A stretch of DNA of 64,000 bases from Nemertoderma westbladi (lineage: Eukaryota > Animalia > Xenacoelomorpha): contig JAUCBJ010006900.1 in assembly GCA_032718475.1 (NCBI GenBank), forward strand, positions 71,186 through 135,185, read 5' to 3'. The notes beneath the pieces were generated by a model. It was not told where the DNA came from. It was given only the letters and a program-made list of their open reading frames with translations, and searched no databases. The position numbers and the translations under genes are program-made. This document shows positions 36,536 through 47,797 of this stretch, piece by piece (the stretch's first letter is position 1; each line of letters opens with the position of its first letter).

Positions 36536-37730
36536 GACAGCCTTCGACGGTCTGGTAGACCACCCGGGGCTGAAGGGCGAGTCGGTGTACTACAACAGCC
36601 GACATCTGATAGACGGGGAGATAGATACGCCGTATCAGAGATGGGAGCAGCTAGAGATGGATAGACGACAGGCAAAGCGACTGGAAGAAGTCGCTAGACG
36701 GGAAAGGATAGAAGCAGAGGAGAGAGAGGAGGAGGCCAGGACACAGAGTTACGGCTTCGAGGAACAGGCAGGCTTAGACGAACTTCGTTGGACTTCATCA
36801 GGGAGTTCGGGGGAGTCTCTAGGGCGAGAACTGGGATGGACGGTGGGATCGCCGAAACAGTCGACGTCGGGGTTGCAAGCGATGCCCATACCAGCAGGCG
36901 CCGAAGGCGACCAACCGCTAAGGAAGTTAGGGGAGCTAGAGGGATGGAGAGCTACGGGCGAGAGCCAAGGTGGGAAGGGACATAGTGGATCCATCGGGAT
37001 ACCGGGGTTGGAGCCACTGCCAGAGGAGGACGAAGACGACGACGAGTTCGGAGAGATGCCACCCATCGAGAGGATTGGCCACTCGGACACGGACTGGGTT
37101 GGCGGGAGGGTGGTGACGGCCAGTGGGGCGAGGGCCTTCTGGGATAGACCCGGCAAGCGGGCCTGGGTGCACGAGGAGCCGGCGATGGATTTCACGGGGA
37201 GCACTATCAGGTTGGGCGAGCAACCGGGGACGGCACCACAGGTAGTATTCGGGGAGACGATGCCCGAGAGGGGCGAGGAGATCGACGTAGACAGGGACAC
37301 TAACGTGCAGAAGTTCGCCTACCAGCGACTCCACAGACCGCGGAGATCGCTTGGGACGAAAGACGACGTGGGGCGGGAGACATTGGTACTCGTTTGCGAT
37401 TACTGTGGGAGACAGACCCACCAGGAAAGGAGCTGTTTGTACCGGTTCCAAAAGGGGACCTTTTGTCTCTACTGCCGCGAGTCGAGCCACAGGATGGGGG
37501 CGTGTCCACGGTTGCATAACCGATGTTCGAAGTGTAACTTTCGGGGACACTACGGACGCCAGTGCGACTGGATGGACGATGAAGAAAAGTTCAAAATCTC
37601 CGAGGAGTGGGCCGACGTCGGGGCCATGACGCGTCAACGCATGAAGGCCCAGGAGTTCAAGTGGGGTTTCTTCCTTATCAATCAGGAGGCTCACTTGGAA
37701 ATCATAAAGCGGAGGTTACCGTTTACCTAA
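36459..37730 (+). CDS. Accessory ORF of C, part 2: acidic linker plus three CCHC zinc knuckles
   Basis: CDYCGRQTHQERSC, CLYCRESSHRMGAC, CSKCNFRGHYGRQC; overlaps part 1, so probably one frameshifted gene. Confidence 0.78.
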   Translation: MTVVIEREPAAFLLSGSPLRYRRAFKTAFDGLVDHPGLKGESVYYNSRHLIDGEIDTPYQRWEQLEMDRRQAKRLEEVARRERIEAEEREEEARTQSYGFEEQAGLDELRWTSSGSSGESLGRELGWTVGSPKQSTSGLQAMPIPAGAEGDQPLRKLGELEGWRATGESQGGKGHSGSIGIPGLEPLPEEDEDDDEFGEMPPIERIGHSDTDWVGGRVVTASGARAFWDRPGKRAWVHEEPAMDFTGSTIRLGEQPGTAPQVVFGETMPERGEEIDVDRDTNVQKFAYQRLHRPRRSLGTKDDVGRETLVLVCDYCGRQTHQERSCLYRFQKGTFCLYCRESSHRMGACPRLHNRCSKCNFRGHYGRQCDWMDDEEKFKISEEWADVGAMTRQRMKAQEFKWGFFLINQEAHLEIIKRRLPFT

Positions 37731-37763
37731 CAAGAGGTAGCAACGGCGGCGTCGTATGCCGGG

Positions 37764-38111
37764 GTGATGAATATACAAAGGTATTTGGACAGGTGGACGC
37801 CACAGAACCGAGGGGAGTTTAGGGATTTCTTGGCGGAGCATGTGCCGCGAGCAATGAAGATGATCTTATGGGACGCCACCAGGGGGAGACAACAGGGCCA
37901 TTCGGAGGGGCCACCCGCGAAGCGATATCGGGAGCAGATAACACCAGCACCCAAGGAGCCATCGACTGGGATCAGTAAGGAGGTGGCGGCGAGAGTCCGA
38001 AGACAGAAAGCAGATCCCAGGGGAGCGGTAGTGACCAGGAAACGACCCAGGGAGGAGGACGGCAAAGGGAAAGACTTGAGGTGGTTCCCAAAGTCAGGAG
38101 GGATAGACTGA
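37764..38111 (+). CDS. Small basic ORF after the accessory gene of C, function unknown
   Basis: K/R-rich; same relative position as 60240-60773 in B. Confidence 0.4.
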   Translation: MMNIQRYLDRWTPQNRGEFRDFLAEHVPRAMKMILWDATRGRQQGHSEGPPAKRYREQITPAPKEPSTGISKEVAARVRRQKADPRGAVVTRKRPREEDGKGKDLRWFPKSGGID

Positions 38112-38823
38112 AGCTTCGATGTGGTACGCCTGGAAAGCGCCACGTGAGACTTGCGGACTATTAAGTACAAATTCAAGTAATCTAAATAATCAAATAAGTG
38201 CAATTTGTATGTACGTACGTAGCTATCAGTGATCTACGAGAATATATACGTTCGAAGTAAGTACTATAGTCATTCAACCTTTCTCAATTAGCTACTGGGA
38301 CTGGGGGGCCAACTGACTATGGCACTATGGACGAGACACCAGACGATTCCACACTTCTTGAGTGCGACGGCACAGGAGGGGGGGTGAGACTCGTTAGAAG
38401 GGATGGGGTAGTCAAAGAGGGGTCGAGTAAAGGTGATAGTGCGGAGTGCGGAGAGAGTGCGCATGCAATTCAAGTGTGGGGGGGGGGGAGGATAAGAGAC
38501 TGAGTGAGGGACAGGGAAGTCCGAGGGTTAGAGCAAAAGAGAGAGTCAGGTGTAGAGGTGAGTCAGGGTGAGAACAGAGTGGAGTTAAAGTGGCGAAAGT
38601 GTTGGGGAAACAAAAGTCGTGTGAGAGGAGCGCACGATCGGCCCGACATGGGACGCCAGGCGAACCGGGTAGCATTATCATACCCATAGGGAGCGGCCTG
38701 GAAAGCCGGCTCCGAGAGAAAACAATTCCACCCCACACCTGATACTAGATCGGGATCCAGCGGAATTGTAGCGCACTTGAGGAGGATGCTATCTTCTCAC
38801 CGGGAAGATAGCATGGGGGGGAG

Positions 38824-39376
38824 TGTTAGCTTATCCAATTCCGCTAACACCCCACAAAGTAAGCCGTTAAGCAATATTGGGGGCCACAAGGTTGGGTAAT
38901 CAACCACTCGTGCCACCCCAACAAAGTGGGAAGGAGAAACACACAATAGAGGTCAGGGGCCACACCCCTGACAGAGAGAGAATAGCAGGAGTGAAGGGGA
39001 AACACTCCAAAGGGCGCCAACAGGAATATCAGCCAATGGGGGGCAGGCACCGGCTAGGTACTGTAACAACGGCCAAACCATGCAATATATTATTAGGTAT
39101 CAGTAATCAGTTATTCAGTTATCTCATTTGTGTTAGTCGGTTAGCTAGGGTAGAGCAGAGACTTTTAAGACCGTCCTCGCCTACCACCATTACCTGTACA
39201 TACTATACTTCAATTGCAATATATTACACCATTTATACTATATCCATTTAACGTCTACATTATACATATCAGAGAATCAATAACACCAGAACTCTCAAAC
39301 TCTTTCCACACAAACGGCGGGGACGCGTACTTTGAACAACCGCGGATAAACCGGGATCCTCCTTGGATCCGTCACA
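38824..39376 (+). repeat. 3' LTR of element C
   Basis: Direct repeat of 25400-25953. Confidence 0.95.
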
Positions 39377-39911
39377 CAAACCGATTTATAAAATAGTAGG
39401 CCTGTTATACAACAATTAGGTCTTAATATCAGTTGGACTACTGCTTAAATAACGGTAATAAAGTAAAGTAAAGTAACTAAGTAACCCTAAAATTCAGAAA
39501 ATCAATTATTCTAAATTAATTGACGTACCGGTATTTACGATAGGCTTATTATATTTATTTCTATATATTTAAGCTGAAATTATATACCGGTATTCTGTAA
39601 TTAATTTCAGTCTAAAATTATACTTATATATAATATAAGTGTAAGCTGTATACCGGTATTCACGTTAGGCTTATTATATATCTATATATTTGCGCTGAAA
39701 TTATATACCAGTATTCTGTGATGAAACCTAGTCCGTAATAATACTTATGTATACTATAAGTGTATACTGGTATTCTAATATATTGTATATATATCACGTT
39801 ACATAGAGTAACGATATCGGTAATTAATTACTAGGCTAACAGTTGATACTGAATTACTAGACTTGCTTTAACTGTAATTATAGCAGTAGGCACTCAACTG
39901 TACAAATAAAC

Positions 39912-42308
39912 ATGTCTGACACAAAGCAAAACCTGTCAGACAGTCTCCTAGATACAACCATATGTGACCCAGATAGGAGTGCGGAACGTTTGAGACCGAA
40001 GTTCAACTCCCCTCCTACTTTAAGAAAGGTCATCCCTCCAGTAGTAGTATCAGACCCTAGGCTAGTCAAACACCGTAGGTCTATCATAGGCACTCGGGCT
40101 CAAGTCAAGCGGGAACAAGAAGCAGCTGTTAAACAGCAGCAACACCCGAGTCGAGAACTTATTTCTCAGCGGCCCGATAGCTCCAGTAGTTCAGATACTG
40201 TAGAGTTGACACCCGAGCGCGGAGCAAAGATGGCAGATGCGGTTTATTCGGATCCCCTTCTCATTCTTCCTGCAGCCGTACTCACTAAGGTATTGATTGC
40301 GGTGGAGGAACACCAAATCGATTGGGCGAGAAGTAAGCGATCGACCAAGGACAGTTATGCGGGATACACAAGGGAGGAACTGAAGTCTATTAACTAAGTA
40401 TAACTAAGTCGGACTCCCGTTTAACTTATCGGAAGCTGCCTGGGAGGACTTATACGAGATGGGAGTGACAAAAGACACTAGTGATCCAGCTGTGTGGAAG
40501 AGGTCGGCAGCGGGATATGTACAGGGATTCTTCAGCTCTTTTCTGAGCGATTAGAGGAACAACTGTTTCAACAACATCAAGGACCTCAAGAGCAGGGAGA
40601 GCTGCTTTATCAAGTTCGAGTAAGAATCCTAAGAATCAGACTACTCCTATCAGCCTTTGAGGAAGCTTCGAAGAGAACCCAAGACACGTCGTTGCAAGTT
40701 GCCGTCAAGACTTGGTTCCAACGGGTGAGTCTCAAGGTTCAAGGAACGACCCAATGGAAAATTCAGCTAAATGAGCGCTCGACCCATGGAGAATCAACAG
40801 ACGCTGCCTTTTCTCAAGTGGAAAGCGAGGTTACATTAGAGAGACCTCAGAAGAAGGACGCTATTGACATCTATCTGTCGGACTATCAACGATTTTTAGG
40901 TGACGAAGAGTTGAGGAGACGGCTGGCTGGACTTCGCCCTAATAGTGAAGGAGCCAAGTTTGTGTTGGACGCAATAGACGTGGAAATGATAGCTGCAAAC
41001 CAAGCTAAATTTGATGAACGCATCCGCATCGCTAGGGTCCAAGAAGAACAAGTAAAGAAGAAACAGATAGAAGACAGACAGGAAGCGGCAGCAGCAGCGG
41101 TAGAAGCTGAAAGGAAAGCGGCAGCGGCAGCGGTGGAGGTTGAAAGAAAGGCCGCATTGGCAGTGGCGGAAACCAAACGGAAAGCATCTGAAGAGACAGC
41201 CCAACTAGAGTTGGAAAATCTTCAAGAGAAGCAAGATTACCTAAATAAACAAATAACAGCTAGTCAGATGCAGATGATAAGTCGATCTACTCCCAAGAGA
41301 CAGGGATTTACATCATCTGATGAAGGCGATACCACCGATCCTGAAGGCGGAGGAAATAGATCTCATTCCAACAGACGTAGAAGAATGCCTCACCATCAGA
41401 AATTGCCTAATTTGCCCCCAGCTGTGAGAAGGCAACTAGCTAAAGCAGACTTAGGTAGTACAGAACCCACTGACCAAAGTATTAGAGTAGAAAGACTCCC
41501 TACTATAGTGGATGAGTCTGAAATAATTAGGCCTGTTCTCGAAGCCACTCCCTCTGTGATAGAGACCACTGTACTTCCAGAACTTAACTCTAAATTCCCT
41601 TTGCACAGTACTAAACTACCTGTATCCAGTGGGACAGTTCCTCAGTCAACTCCGGTCCTGGACGCCGAGCGAGACATTAACAATTTGTCACCCGTCGTCC
41701 CTCGTCTACCCGCTACTATGTTGGCGGCTCCCGCTTCGGCGGTAGAGTGGGTGGATGAGCGACGGCGGGGATGGATATTCTCCTCGGGCAGATGGAGGAG
41801 AATCAGGCTCGCTCCTCCCAACAGGTCCGAGAGTTGGAGGGGACTGTTCAACAGTTAAAGGGAACAGTAAGAGAAAGTAAGTTAGAATTACAGGAAGTGC
41901 AGCAGAGTATCGCGTTAGAACACGATAAGTTAGTAAATCTACAAAAGGGTATACCAACACCCCCTGTAACAATGTGTCAACCTGTTAGGTCTGAAGTATT
42001 TCATGCGCAAGGTGTGGAGCCTACACGCATCTATACTGCTAGTGAAGTAGAAACTCCTATAGTAAACCCTATTAAAGGTAATTATAAACCTGTTGACAAT
42101 GATATTCCATATAGACCTGATAATAATCCGAGAAATTTATATACCGATAACTCGATATTAAATAATACGATGGCCCAAGAAAGTTTTACGCGTCAAATTG
42201 CTAGAACCGAAGCCCGTCAAGCGGTAAAGGTGGGAGAGATCGTCAAGTTCAATGGAGATGAGATGAAATGGTTACCTTTTAATGAATATTACAAAGATAA
42301 CATACAGA
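39912..42308 (+). pseudogene. gag N-terminal part of B (frameshifted), interrupted at KDNIQ
   Basis: Coiled-coil segments; VKFNGDEMKWLPFNEYY capsid start; the frame resumes at 50139 (NSVLSNGEKLRFL). Confidence 0.8.
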
Positions 42309-44671
42309 AGTAGTAGGGTCTTGGCCGGCTCGGCGACAGTTGGACCTCACTGACACCCATTGGGTGTCATATGACACCCAATTATCACCCTATGGGTGTC
42401 ATTGGGTGTCATTGGCGCCAGACTGTCTGGGTGACACCTCCCAATTAGGCTAATTGACAGGTGTCATCAATTAATTAGTACAATTAAACCCTAACAGATG
42501 TCATATGACTCCTAATTAGGGTTTAATTGATTATCCTAATTAATCAGACTGATTAGCGCCCTGACACACAATGGGTCATCAGTGTTGTCCAACTGTCGCC
42601 GAGAGGCCCAAGAGGGTGTCATAAGTGACACCGCGGCTCTTTTATTTATTAATACCTATTTATTTATATTTAATTTTAATTAATTATTTGTATTTTATTT
42701 TACTTTATTTATTCATTTGTACTTTATTTTAAATTAATTAATTGTATATATTACTTTTACTTTATACATTGATTTCTATTTTTAGATTAATTAGTTTTTA
42801 TATTACCAACGAGATCACTATGACATAATATCTATTTTTAACTTTATAATGGCTATGGTATACGGCCCCCTACTGGCAACTATCAACTGCGTTCATCGGC
42901 GGGGGGCCCCTCCTCTGTCCTCATTATTCATTAACTAGATACAACAGGCAGTGAATCTATACGTATACCCCCAAGGCAAATATAAATGAGCGGTCCCGTC
43001 TGTTAGCAGCCCCATCGATGACTCACTAATAATCCCACCGCGGCCTTGACTACAGCAAATCCCTATGTCGCCCAAGGCTAATGCTCAAGCGGCCCTCCAT
43101 TGTTCCCACTATAGCCGGCGTCGCTTTGTCCCTTTCCTATATCCAGGCAGCCCCTATCATAACAATGAAGCGCCTCTAAACACGCAATCCTCTCTACTAA
43201 TCCCTTTCCTTTGCACCAGACCTGCTTCTGTTATACAGCCAACTCAACATAATTAGTCAAGATGCTTACAAGAGTTTTCTAATATAGAATCAACACGAGA
43301 AGTTGCCCTGGTAACCGCTTATGCATGAACAGCCAATCAGCGGGCTTCATTTCTACTGCTGCGTTCTGATTGGCTCATTTAAGAGACAAGGGCCTCCCTT
43401 ACTAACCGAATTGCTATTTAATACGTCCCCACCAATATATTAGGTCATTATTTCAATTGCAAGTTACGATTAACATCATTTACCATTATTTTGTTTTCGA
43501 ATTTAATATTATTTATTTAAGAATATTTATTTGTTATCATCGATCAACAACCCACTTGTAGAGTTGTATTATTGTCATTTCGCCGCGTTATCATTCATCG
43601 TCGACAACAAACTTTCCGCGTATCCGCCGCGTAATATTCTTCCGATACCATTCCCTTCTATCGGTAAATAAACTCTCTCGTCGTCCACGTCAACCAACTT
43701 CCTCATCGCCAACAAACTTCCAAACTTCTTCTTTCCGTGAATATTTACTAACACCGTAAGTAAAATCTGCCTTACACCATCTGACGGTACTATCGATGCC
43801 GCTAGCAAACAATTTACATTTAATGTCTACCGGTACAACAGTATTGCAGTAAGCTCATTATTAATTACTGTCAGACTGCGGTGGTACCGATAGCCTAAAC
43901 CGTGATCGAAGCATTCGATCAATAGGCTTACATCCGCCTATCTGCTTACAGTATTTTTTATCTTTTTACAAATAATCAACTTATTTTTCTAGTGTAATTT
44001 CGCCGCGTTAACGCTCATTGTCGACAACAAACTTTCCGCGTATTCGTCGCGTAATATTCCATTATTTCTAATTTCCGATACCATTCCGTTCTATCGGTTA
44101 ATAAACTCTCTCGTCGTCCACGTCAACCAACTTCCTCACGAACTTCCAAACTTCTTCTTTCCGTGAATATTTACTAACACCGTAAGTAAAATCTGCCTTC
44201 CCTTCCACCATCTGACTGTACTATCGATGCCGCTAGCGGGAATTATAAAAAGTAGACACAAAATAGGAAAAACAGCTGGTCACGGGTTCAAGCCCTACTC
44301 GCGACCATTATAAAACCAACACAAAATAAGTTAAACCAGGGTTCGAGTCCTGCTAATGCAATTATAAAAAGTAGGTAACACGGATGATCACGGATTCAAA
44401 CCCTACTCACGGAAAAATAAAAACCAACACAAAATAAATAATATAGTAAACTTTCATGTATACCATAGTAAATAAACTAATTTAATAATAAAGTTTGTAA
44501 AATAGATAATGATCCTTCTAATTCACCGGCTGGACACATGGAAACGATTTTATTACTATGAAATACACTGAAATATGCACGTCCTATATATATTCTAATC
44601 GCGCAAAATAATTCGGGGGTATAGCTAATAAATATTGCTTTATTATTAATTGTATGATGTCCACATTTTTT

Positions 44672-45168
44672 CACTGAGGCACTGAGGCATAGACTATGCC
44701 TCACTGCCGCACTGAGGCATAGTCTATGCCTCAGTGAGGCATAGTCTATGCCTCAGTGAGGCGTAGTCTATGCCTCAGTGAGGCATAGTCTATGCCTCAG
44801 TGCCTCAGTGAGGCATAGTCTATGCCTCAGTGCCCCAGTGAGGCATAGTCTATGCCTCAGTGAGGCATAGTCTATGCCTCACTGAGGCATAGTCTATGCC
44901 TCAGTGAGGCATAGTCTATGCCTCAGTGAGGCATAGTCTATGCCTCAGTGCCCCAGTGAGACATAGTCTATGCCTCAGTGAGGCATAGTCTATGACTCAG
45001 TGCCTCAGTGAGGCATAGTCTATGCCTCAGTGAGGCATAGTCTATGCCTCAGTGCCTCAGTGAGGCATAGTCTATGCCTCAGTGCCTCAATGAGACATAG
45101 TCTACGCCTCAGTGAGGCATAGTCTATGCCTCAGTGAGGCATAGTCTATGCCTCAGTGAGGCATAGTC
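44672..45168. repeat. Array of 21-bp palindromes TGAGGCATAG(T/A)CTATGCCTCA with 8-bp half units
   Basis: Seen directly; mirror array at 47050-47797. Confidence 0.95.
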
Positions 45169-45210
45169 TGTGTCAGGTCTTAAAGTCTGTGTCAGGTCTC
45201 GCCCTCTGCG

Positions 45211-46030
45211 ACTCTGCGACAGTTGGACCTAACTGACACCCATTGGGTGTCATATGACACCCAATTATCACCCTATGGGTGTCATTGGCGCCAGACTGTC
45301 TGGGTGACACCTCCCAATTAGGCTAATTAGACCCTAATTGACAGGTGTCATCAATTAATTAGTACAATTAAACCCTAACAGGTGTCATATGACTCCTAAT
45401 TAGGGTTTAATTGATTATCCTAATTAATCAGACTGATTAGCGCCCTGACACACAATGGGTCATCAGTGTTGTCTAACTGTCGCAGAGCCGGCTCAAGAGG
45501 GTGTCATAAGTGACACCGCGGCTCTTTTATTCTATTAATACCTATTTATTTATATTTAATTTTAATTAATTAATTGTATTTTATTTTACTTTATTTATTC
45601 GTATTTAATTTTAAATTAATTAATTGTATTACTTTTACTTTATACATTGATTTCTATTTTTAGATTAATTAGTTTTATATTACCAACGAGATCACTATGA
45701 CATAATGTCTATAATTAACTTTATAATGGCTATGGTATACGGCTCCCTACTGGCAACTATCAACTACGTTCATCGGCGGGGCCCCCTCCTCTATCCTCAT
45801 TATTCATTAACTAGATACAACAGGCAGTGAATCTACACGTATACCCCCAAGGCCAAATATAAATGAGCAGTCCCGTCTGTTAGCAGCCCCTTCGATGACT
45901 CACTAATAATCCCATCGCGGCCTTGACTACACCAAATCCGTATATCGCTCAAGGCTAATGCTCTAGCGGCCCTCCTTTGTTCTCACTATAGCCGGCATCA
46001 CTCGGGTCCTTTACTATATCTAGGCCAGGA
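45211..46030 (+). repeat. Internal diverged copy of the element terminus
   Basis: Aligns with 42333-43145 with scattered substitutions; lacks the AGTAGT end. Confidence 0.85.
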
Positions 46031-46914
46031 TTGCCTCATTTAAGGAAGCCGCATCCCTATCGTTAATCTAATTATGGTATCGCTAACCATTTTCAGTATA
46101 CTGTATAATTAAATAGGGCCCTCTTTTAATACATAAGTTTATATATATATACAGTTTATCTTCATTTTAATTTGTTTTTATTTACAACCCTAATTGTTCT
46201 ACTATAATTTATGTTTTATAATAACAAGCTATATCCGGTTAATCCGTATTAATTTTCTTTGTACTGAGGTTATCGAGGGCGCTCTTTCCAATGGTCCTAT
46301 TCTCAAAACGATCTAACCTACTGTATAATTAATTACTTAAGACTGCGAGGTATGCGTAATTAACACATCTCATTTACCAGTTTTCCTTAAAAACTATGAA
46401 GTTATATTGCTTAAGAGTTCTAAGGGGCGAGCCATGAGGCAAGATGTTTGAGGCTTATTTAGATATATTATTACTTAATTTTGACCCCCCAATCTGCATC
46501 TACTACGGCATAGGCCATATCTTTTGCGGAGACATAGAGTAGTCTGAAGTTCCCCAGTCTGCCGCTAGAGGGCGTATTATTTAAAAATTAACATCTTCTC
46601 TAGCTTTGTTATTTACAATCCGCAAAACTATGAAGTTATATTGCTTAAGGGTTCTAAGGGGCGAGCCATGAAGCAAGATGTTTGAGGCGTATTTAGATAT
46701 ATTATTACTTAATTTGACCCCCCAATCGGCATCTACTACGGCATAGGCTATATCTTTTGCAGAGTCACAGAGTAGTATGAAGTTCCCCAGTCTGCCGCTA
46801 GAGGGCGAAATGTCTCAAAGTGAAAACCATACGGTAGCCATGAATTGGTTACTAGGCAATAATACTGGATTTTGCAACGTTAGCCCTATTGTTGACCGAA
46901 CGAAAACTGCCCTG

Positions 46915-46980
46915 GTTCATGCAGGGATCGAACCCATGACATACGGGAGATGTGAATTCAATGCAACCACTACACCAAAG
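46915..46980 (-). other. tRNA-like Pol III A/B-box sequence (second copy at ~63810-63875)
   Basis: Minus strand reads TGGTGTAGTGG ... GGGTTCGATCCC with tRNA-like spacing. Confidence 0.55.
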
Positions 46981-47049
46981 TGGAACAGTAACCGTCGAAT
47001 TTGTTCGTTGACGTTCGAATTTGCAAGACTCTCATTTAAGACCTGACAC

Positions 47050-47797
47050 AGACTATGCCTCACTGAGGCATAGACTATGCCTCACTGAGGCATAGACTAT
47101 GTCTCATTGAGGCACTGAGGCATAGACTATGCCTCACTGAGGCATAGCTATGCACTGGGCATAGACTATGCCTCACTGAGGCATAGACTATGCCTCACTG
47201 AGGCATAGACTATGCCTCACTGAGGCATAGACTATGCCTCACTGAGGCACTGAGGCATAGACTATGCCTCACTGAGGCATAGACTATGCCTCACTGAGGC
47301 ACTGAGGCATAGACTATGCCTCACTGAGGCATAGACTATGACTCACTGAGGCATAGACTATGCCTCACTGAGGCACTGAGGCATAGACTATGCCTCACTG
47401 AGGCATAGACTATGCCTCACTGAGGCATAGACTATGCCTCACTGAGGCATAGACTATGCCTCACTGAGGCACTGAGGCATAGACTATGCCTCACTGAGGC
47501 ACTGAGGCATAGTCTATGCCTCACTGAGGCATAGACTATGACTCACTGAGGCATAGACTATGACTCACTGAGGCATAGACTATGCCTCACTGAGGCATAG
47601 ACTATGCCTCACTGGGCATGAGGCATAGACTATGCCTCACTGGGGCACTGAGGCATAGACTATGCCTCACTGAGGCATAGACTATGACTCACTGAGGCAT
47701 AGACTATGCCTCATTGAGGCATAGACTATGCCTCACTGAGGCATAGACTATGCCTCACTGAGGCACTGAGGCATAGACTATGCCTCAGTGCCTCAGT
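47050..47797. repeat. Array of 21-bp palindromes (right arm)
   Basis: Seen directly. Confidence 0.95.

Larger units (their letters stand above)
25400..39376 (+). mobile_element. BEL/Pao LTR retrotransposon C, young, inserted in the 5' UTR of B
   Basis: LTRs at 25400-25953 and 38824-39376 differ by ~5 substitutions and 1 indel; TSD CAAAC at 25395-25399 and 39377-39381; G-rich PPT before 38824. Confidence 0.96.

Noticed and set aside
29154-37694. Long antisense ORFs in element C (and similar ones in the Gypsy and CRE-like elements)
   Set aside because: Shadow frames of the coding strand with no independent motifs.
35507-37730. env gene
   Set aside because: No signal peptide or transmembrane helix visible; the motifs point to a nuclease fold and zinc knuckles.
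44672-47797. CRISPR-like array of palindromic repeats
   Set aside because: No unique spacers, no cas genes, and a eukaryotic TE context; it is a minisatellite.
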